Positions 61,049-64,000 of a stretch of 64,000 nucleotides of DNA are shown here, one piece after another. The position numbers and the translations under genes are program-made. Origin of the DNA: Duganella sp. (GTDB lineage: Bacteria > Pseudomonadota > Gammaproteobacteria > Burkholderiales > Burkholderiaceae_D); NCBI GenBank assembly GCA_040508275.1, contig JBEVNE010000342.1, forward strand, positions 2,417 to 66,416, given 5' to 3'. The stretch's first letter is position 1. Each line of letters begins with the position of its first letter. A model generated the notes under the pieces. That model had not been told where the DNA came from, made no database searches, and was given only the letters and a program-made list of their open reading frames with translations.

Positions 61049-61840
61049 TTATTTGCGCGTTCGTTCTATCAGCTTGATCTCGTACAGTCGGGGCCACAGC
61101 TTGCCGGTGACGAACAAACGCTTTTTTGCGCTGTCCCAGGCAATACCGTTGAGGACATTGTCGCCGGCAGGGCCGCGTCCCGCTTCGGCATACAGCTTGC
61201 CGAGGTCAATCCAGCCAGTGATTTTGCCGCTCTGCTGATTGATGCGCGCTATCGTGTTGGTTTGCCAGATATTGGCAAAAATTTCGTCGCCGACCACTTC
61301 CAGTTCGTTCAGCTGATCGACGGCAATGCCGTCGGCCGTCACCTTGATGCGCCGCACTTCGAGGAAGGTTTTGGGATCGAGAAAGCGCAGCGTGGCGCTG
61401 CCGTCGCTCATCACCAGTTCTTTGCCATTCTGCGCCAGTCCCCAGCCTTCGCCCGGGTATTCGAACTGGCCGTGCGGCTCGAAGGTGTTCAGGTCGAACA
61501 CAAAGCCGGTCTGCGAACGCCAGGTCAGGCTGACCAGCGTGCCGTTCCAGTCGGTCATGCCTTCGCCAAAATACTGTGGCGGGATATCCCTGATCTGCAA
61601 CACCTTGCCGGTTTCCAGTTGCACCTTGCGGATCGACGATTTGCCGTTCAGGCCCGTGCTTTCATAGATAAAGCCGTCGCGGTACAGCAGCCCCTGGGTG
61701 AATGCCTGGGGATCGTGCGGATAGCTGCGCACGATCTTGAAATCATAGGTGGGGATGGGGGCTGCCAGGGCACTGGCTAACGGCAGCGCTGACAGCAGGG
61801 TGGAAAGCAGGGCGGCTGCTGCGCGGGGATATTGGTTCAC
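61049..61840 (-). CDS. Glutaminyl-peptide cyclotransferase (type I, beta-propeller), exported
   Basis: YPHDPQAFTQGL, ESTGL, FGEG, EGWGL, MSDGS, LNELE, ANIW, VLNGIA, VTGKLWP; GTG start with signal peptide. Confidence 0.93.
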   Translation of the reverse strand: MNQYPRAAAALLSTLLSALPLASALAAPIPTYDFKIVRSYPHDPQAFTQGLLYRDGFIYESTGLNGKSSIRKVQLETGKVLQIRDIPPQYFGEGMTDWNGTLVSLTWRSQTGFVFDLNTFEPHGQFEYPGEGWGLAQNGKELVMSDGSATLRFLDPKTFLEVRRIKVTADGIAVDQLNELEVVGDEIFANIWQTNTIARINQQSGKITGWIDLGKLYAEAGRGPAGDNVLNGIAWDSAKKRLFVTGKLWPRLYEIKLIERTRK

Positions 61841-61882
61841 GGTGGGGCTACAGACAAATATTGGGCTAAGGCCGGGCTAAGG

Positions 61883-62611
61883 TCAGGCAAGTGCGGCGTT
61901 CTGCAGTTCGACCATCGCATCGAGCGTGGTGCCAGGTTGGGCAAATTCGGCGTCGATGCAGGCGCGTGCTTCCTGCGAGTTGATCAGGTTGGCGGCTTGC
62001 TGGCGCAAGGCGTCGGCGCCGGCGTGGTCGCCATAGCCGTGTACGAGTTCCAGAATCAGCCGCACTTCGGTCATGTAATTGTAGACGGTGGCCAGCAGTT
62101 CGGCCATGCCGGCGTCGCTCAGCAGGTTCAGCCCCGCCACGTGGGTGTTGACCTCGGCGGCATAGGCGGCAATATGCTCATCGGGCTGCGGCAGATAGCT
62201 GTGCGCCAGTGTGAAGTCGCCGCAGGCCATCATCGATGGCAAGGCTGAACTGGCGCACTCCTGCGCCAGCTCGGCCGGCAGTTGCTGGAACAAACGATAG
62301 GTATGCTGCAAGTCGCCGAGCTTGTCGTTGATGGCGCGGATATCGTTGAACACGATGGCGTCCGAACCGTCGGCCAGCAGGCGCGCGCTGGCCTTGTCGC
62401 GCAGCGCGACCAGCGCCTGGCGGGCGGGAAGGTGGTCTTCGGCCAGCTTGGCCCAGGCGGCCAGAACGTACGACAGGCGCAGCGGCGCCACGCTGCTGTC
62501 GCGCTCCGAGGTGGCGTCAAACAGCCAGATATAGTCGGTGAGGGCGGCGTCGTAATCGCCGGCGGCATGCGCGGCCCAGGCGCGCTCCAGGGTGTCGTGA
62601 ACAATATCCAT
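61883..62611 (-). CDS. Hypothetical alpha-helical (TPR-like) protein
   Basis: GAGG RBS, host-like codons; GDYDAAL.DYIWLFD, RLSYVLAAWAKLA...PARQALVALRD. Confidence 0.7.
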   Translation of the reverse strand: MDIVHDTLERAWAAHAAGDYDAALTDYIWLFDATSERDSSVAPLRLSYVLAAWAKLAEDHLPARQALVALRDKASARLLADGSDAIVFNDIRAINDKLGDLQHTYRLFQQLPAELAQECASSALPSMMACGDFTLAHSYLPQPDEHIAAYAAEVNTHVAGLNLLSDAGMAELLATVYNYMTEVRLILELVHGYGDHAGADALRQQAANLINSQEARACIDAEFAQPGTTLDAMVELQNAALA

Positions 62612-62660
62612 TGCTGCCTCTGAGGAGAAGAATGGATATTCTATTACGATTTGGGGGAGT

Positions 62661-63422
62661 TCAGGCGTTGAGCTGGTGCGCGATCGCGTCGCTGATCGGC
62701 GCTTCGCCTTTCTGGTGACTACGGGTTTGCATGGCGTCGCCGATCATGACCAGCACCGGGCCGTGCGCTTCGCCGAGACCCTGGGTCAGCGCGCCGATGG
62801 TCAGGCGGCGGATTTTCTGGTCCGCGCGGCTGCAGTTTTCGATCACCACCACCGGTGTGTCGGGATGGCGGCCATGGGCCAGCAGCCGTTCTGCGGTGAC
62901 GATGGCTTCGCGTCCACCCATGTACTGGATCAGGGTGTCGGAATCGGGCATGGCGTCGGAGGCGCTGTGTTCGGGCGCGGTGGACGAGGTAAAGAAGGCC
63001 ACGCTGCGCGCCACGCCACGCTTGGTCAGCGGTTGCAGGGTGGCGGCAGCGGCGGCCAGCGCCGTGGTAATGCCAGGCACCACTTCGACTTCAATACCAG
63101 CTTCTTCCAGCGCACGCAGCTCTTCGTCGGCGCGGCCGAACATCATCGGGTCGCCGCCTTTCAGGCGCACCACCAGGGTGGCCTTGCGGGCCTGCTGCAC
63201 CAGCAGCTCGTTGATGTACTGCTGCGCCGCCGAACGCTGGCCGCTACGTTTGCCGACCAGGATTTTCTCGGCCTGCGGACACAGTTCGAGCATCTCGGGC
63301 GTGACCAGCGCATCGTGCAGCACCACATCGGCCTGCGCCAGCAAACGCGCACCGCGCAGTGTCATGAGATCCTGGGCGCCAGGGCCGGCGCCGATCAGGT
63401 AGACTTTTCCGAGAGTAGACAT
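62661..63422 (-). CDS. cobA: Uroporphyrinogen-III C-methyltransferase
   Basis: GKVYLIGAGPG..DLMTLRG, VVLHDALV, VVRLKGGDPMMFGRADEE, VVPGITT, YMG. Confidence 0.94.
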   Translation of the reverse strand: MSTLGKVYLIGAGPGAQDLMTLRGARLLAQADVVLHDALVTPEMLELCPQAEKILVGKRSGQRSAAQQYINELLVQQARKATLVVRLKGGDPMMFGRADEELRALEEAGIEVEVVPGITTALAAAAATLQPLTKRGVARSVAFFTSSTAPEHSASDAMPDSDTLIQYMGGREAIVTAERLLAHGRHPDTPVVVIENCSRADQKIRRLTIGALTQGLGEAHGPVLVMIGDAMQTRSHQKGEAPISDAIAHQLNA

Positions 63423-63457
63423 TACTGCAAAATCCTGTGGTAAACGGCGAGGCTTCT

Positions 63458-64000
63458 TTATTTAGCGAGCCGTATCATACCTGCAGCGACCGTCTGGTGG
63501 GTGACTTCATCGATCAGAATGAAAGCACCTGTGGCGCGGATGTCGGCGTAGGCGTCGGCTGCCAGCGGTTGTTGCACCGTCAGGCCGATGCGGGCAATGT
63601 CGTTGAGCTTCAGGCCATCGGCGCCGTGGCGCTGCTGGGTGTTAATGTCAAGCAGCGACTCGATGCCGGTGATCTTGGCCGACGTTTGCTTGGTGCCGTG
63701 CTTGATCCAGTACTTGCGGCGCTGGTCGAGCGGTTCGTCCGACATCCAGCACACATCGGCATGCAAGGTTTTCAGCAGCGTGGCCGGCTGCGCCGCGCCG
63801 GCCAGCAGGTCGCCGCGCGAAATATCGAGGTATTCATCGAGCAGCAGCGTGACCGACTGGCCCACGTGCGCCGACGGGTGCGAGCCTTCCAGTGTGATGA
63901 TGTCCTTGACGGTGGCGCTCTGGCCCGACGGCTGCACTACCAGCTTGTCGCCCACCGCCACCTTGCCCGCTTCGATACGGCCCATGTAGCCGCGGAAGTC
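63458..64000 (-). CDS. cysN: Sulfate adenylyltransferase subunit 1, C-terminal part (5' end outside the window)
   Basis: DFRGYMGRIEAG, LDISRGDL, LKLNDIARI, DAY...RATGAFILIDEVTHQTVAAGMI. Confidence 0.93.
   Translation of the reverse strand, partial: DFRGYMGRIEAGKVAVGDKLVVQPSGQSATVKDIITLEGSHPSAHVGQSVTLLLDEYLDISRGDLLAGAAQPATLLKTLHADVCWMSDEPLDQRRKYWIKHGTKQTSAKITGIESLLDINTQQRHGADGLKLNDIARIGLTVQQPLAADAYADIRATGAFILIDEVTHQTVAAGMIRLAK

Overview
GC-rich betaproteobacterial chromosomal window. Gene content and order suggest Oxalobacteraceae (Massilia/Duganella/Janthinobacterium-like); this is an inference. 1-12.6 kb: tail of an exopolysaccharide locus (acyltransferase-SGNH, hexapeptide acetyltransferase, GT2, WecB/TagA-STAS fusion, galE, NAD-epimerase, GT4, GMC oxidoreductase, a nucleotidyltransferase broken by one in-frame TAG, manC). 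12.7-29.9 kb: a PEP-CTERM-associated island with two PEP-CTERM proteins, a TIGR03790-like protein, a large ExeM/NucH nuclease preceded by a well-placed pho box, an orphan PhoB paralogue coupled to an EpsA-like LuxR regulator, and an 11-gene T2SS/T4P-hybrid secretion operon. 29.9-64 kb: mostly core genes (murJ, rpsT, rluE, icd, csp-clpS-clpA, tricorn protease, prpR/prpB-prpC-acnD-prpF, yjcH-actP, PAS-GGDEF-EAL, xth, pepA, lptFG, CbiX/SirB chelatase, glutaminyl cyclase, cobA, cysN) with a few small accessory features (a truncated HTH antitoxin-like remnant after icd, a ~120-bp palindromic MITE-like element, a phage-like orphan gene). No rRNA, tRNA, CRISPR array or intact transposase was seen. 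Best candidate for an undescribed system: a phosphate-starvation-controlled nuclease that may dock on a co-encoded PEP-CTERM anchor and be exported by the adjacent secretion system. All family assignments come from motif recognition by eye, not database searches.
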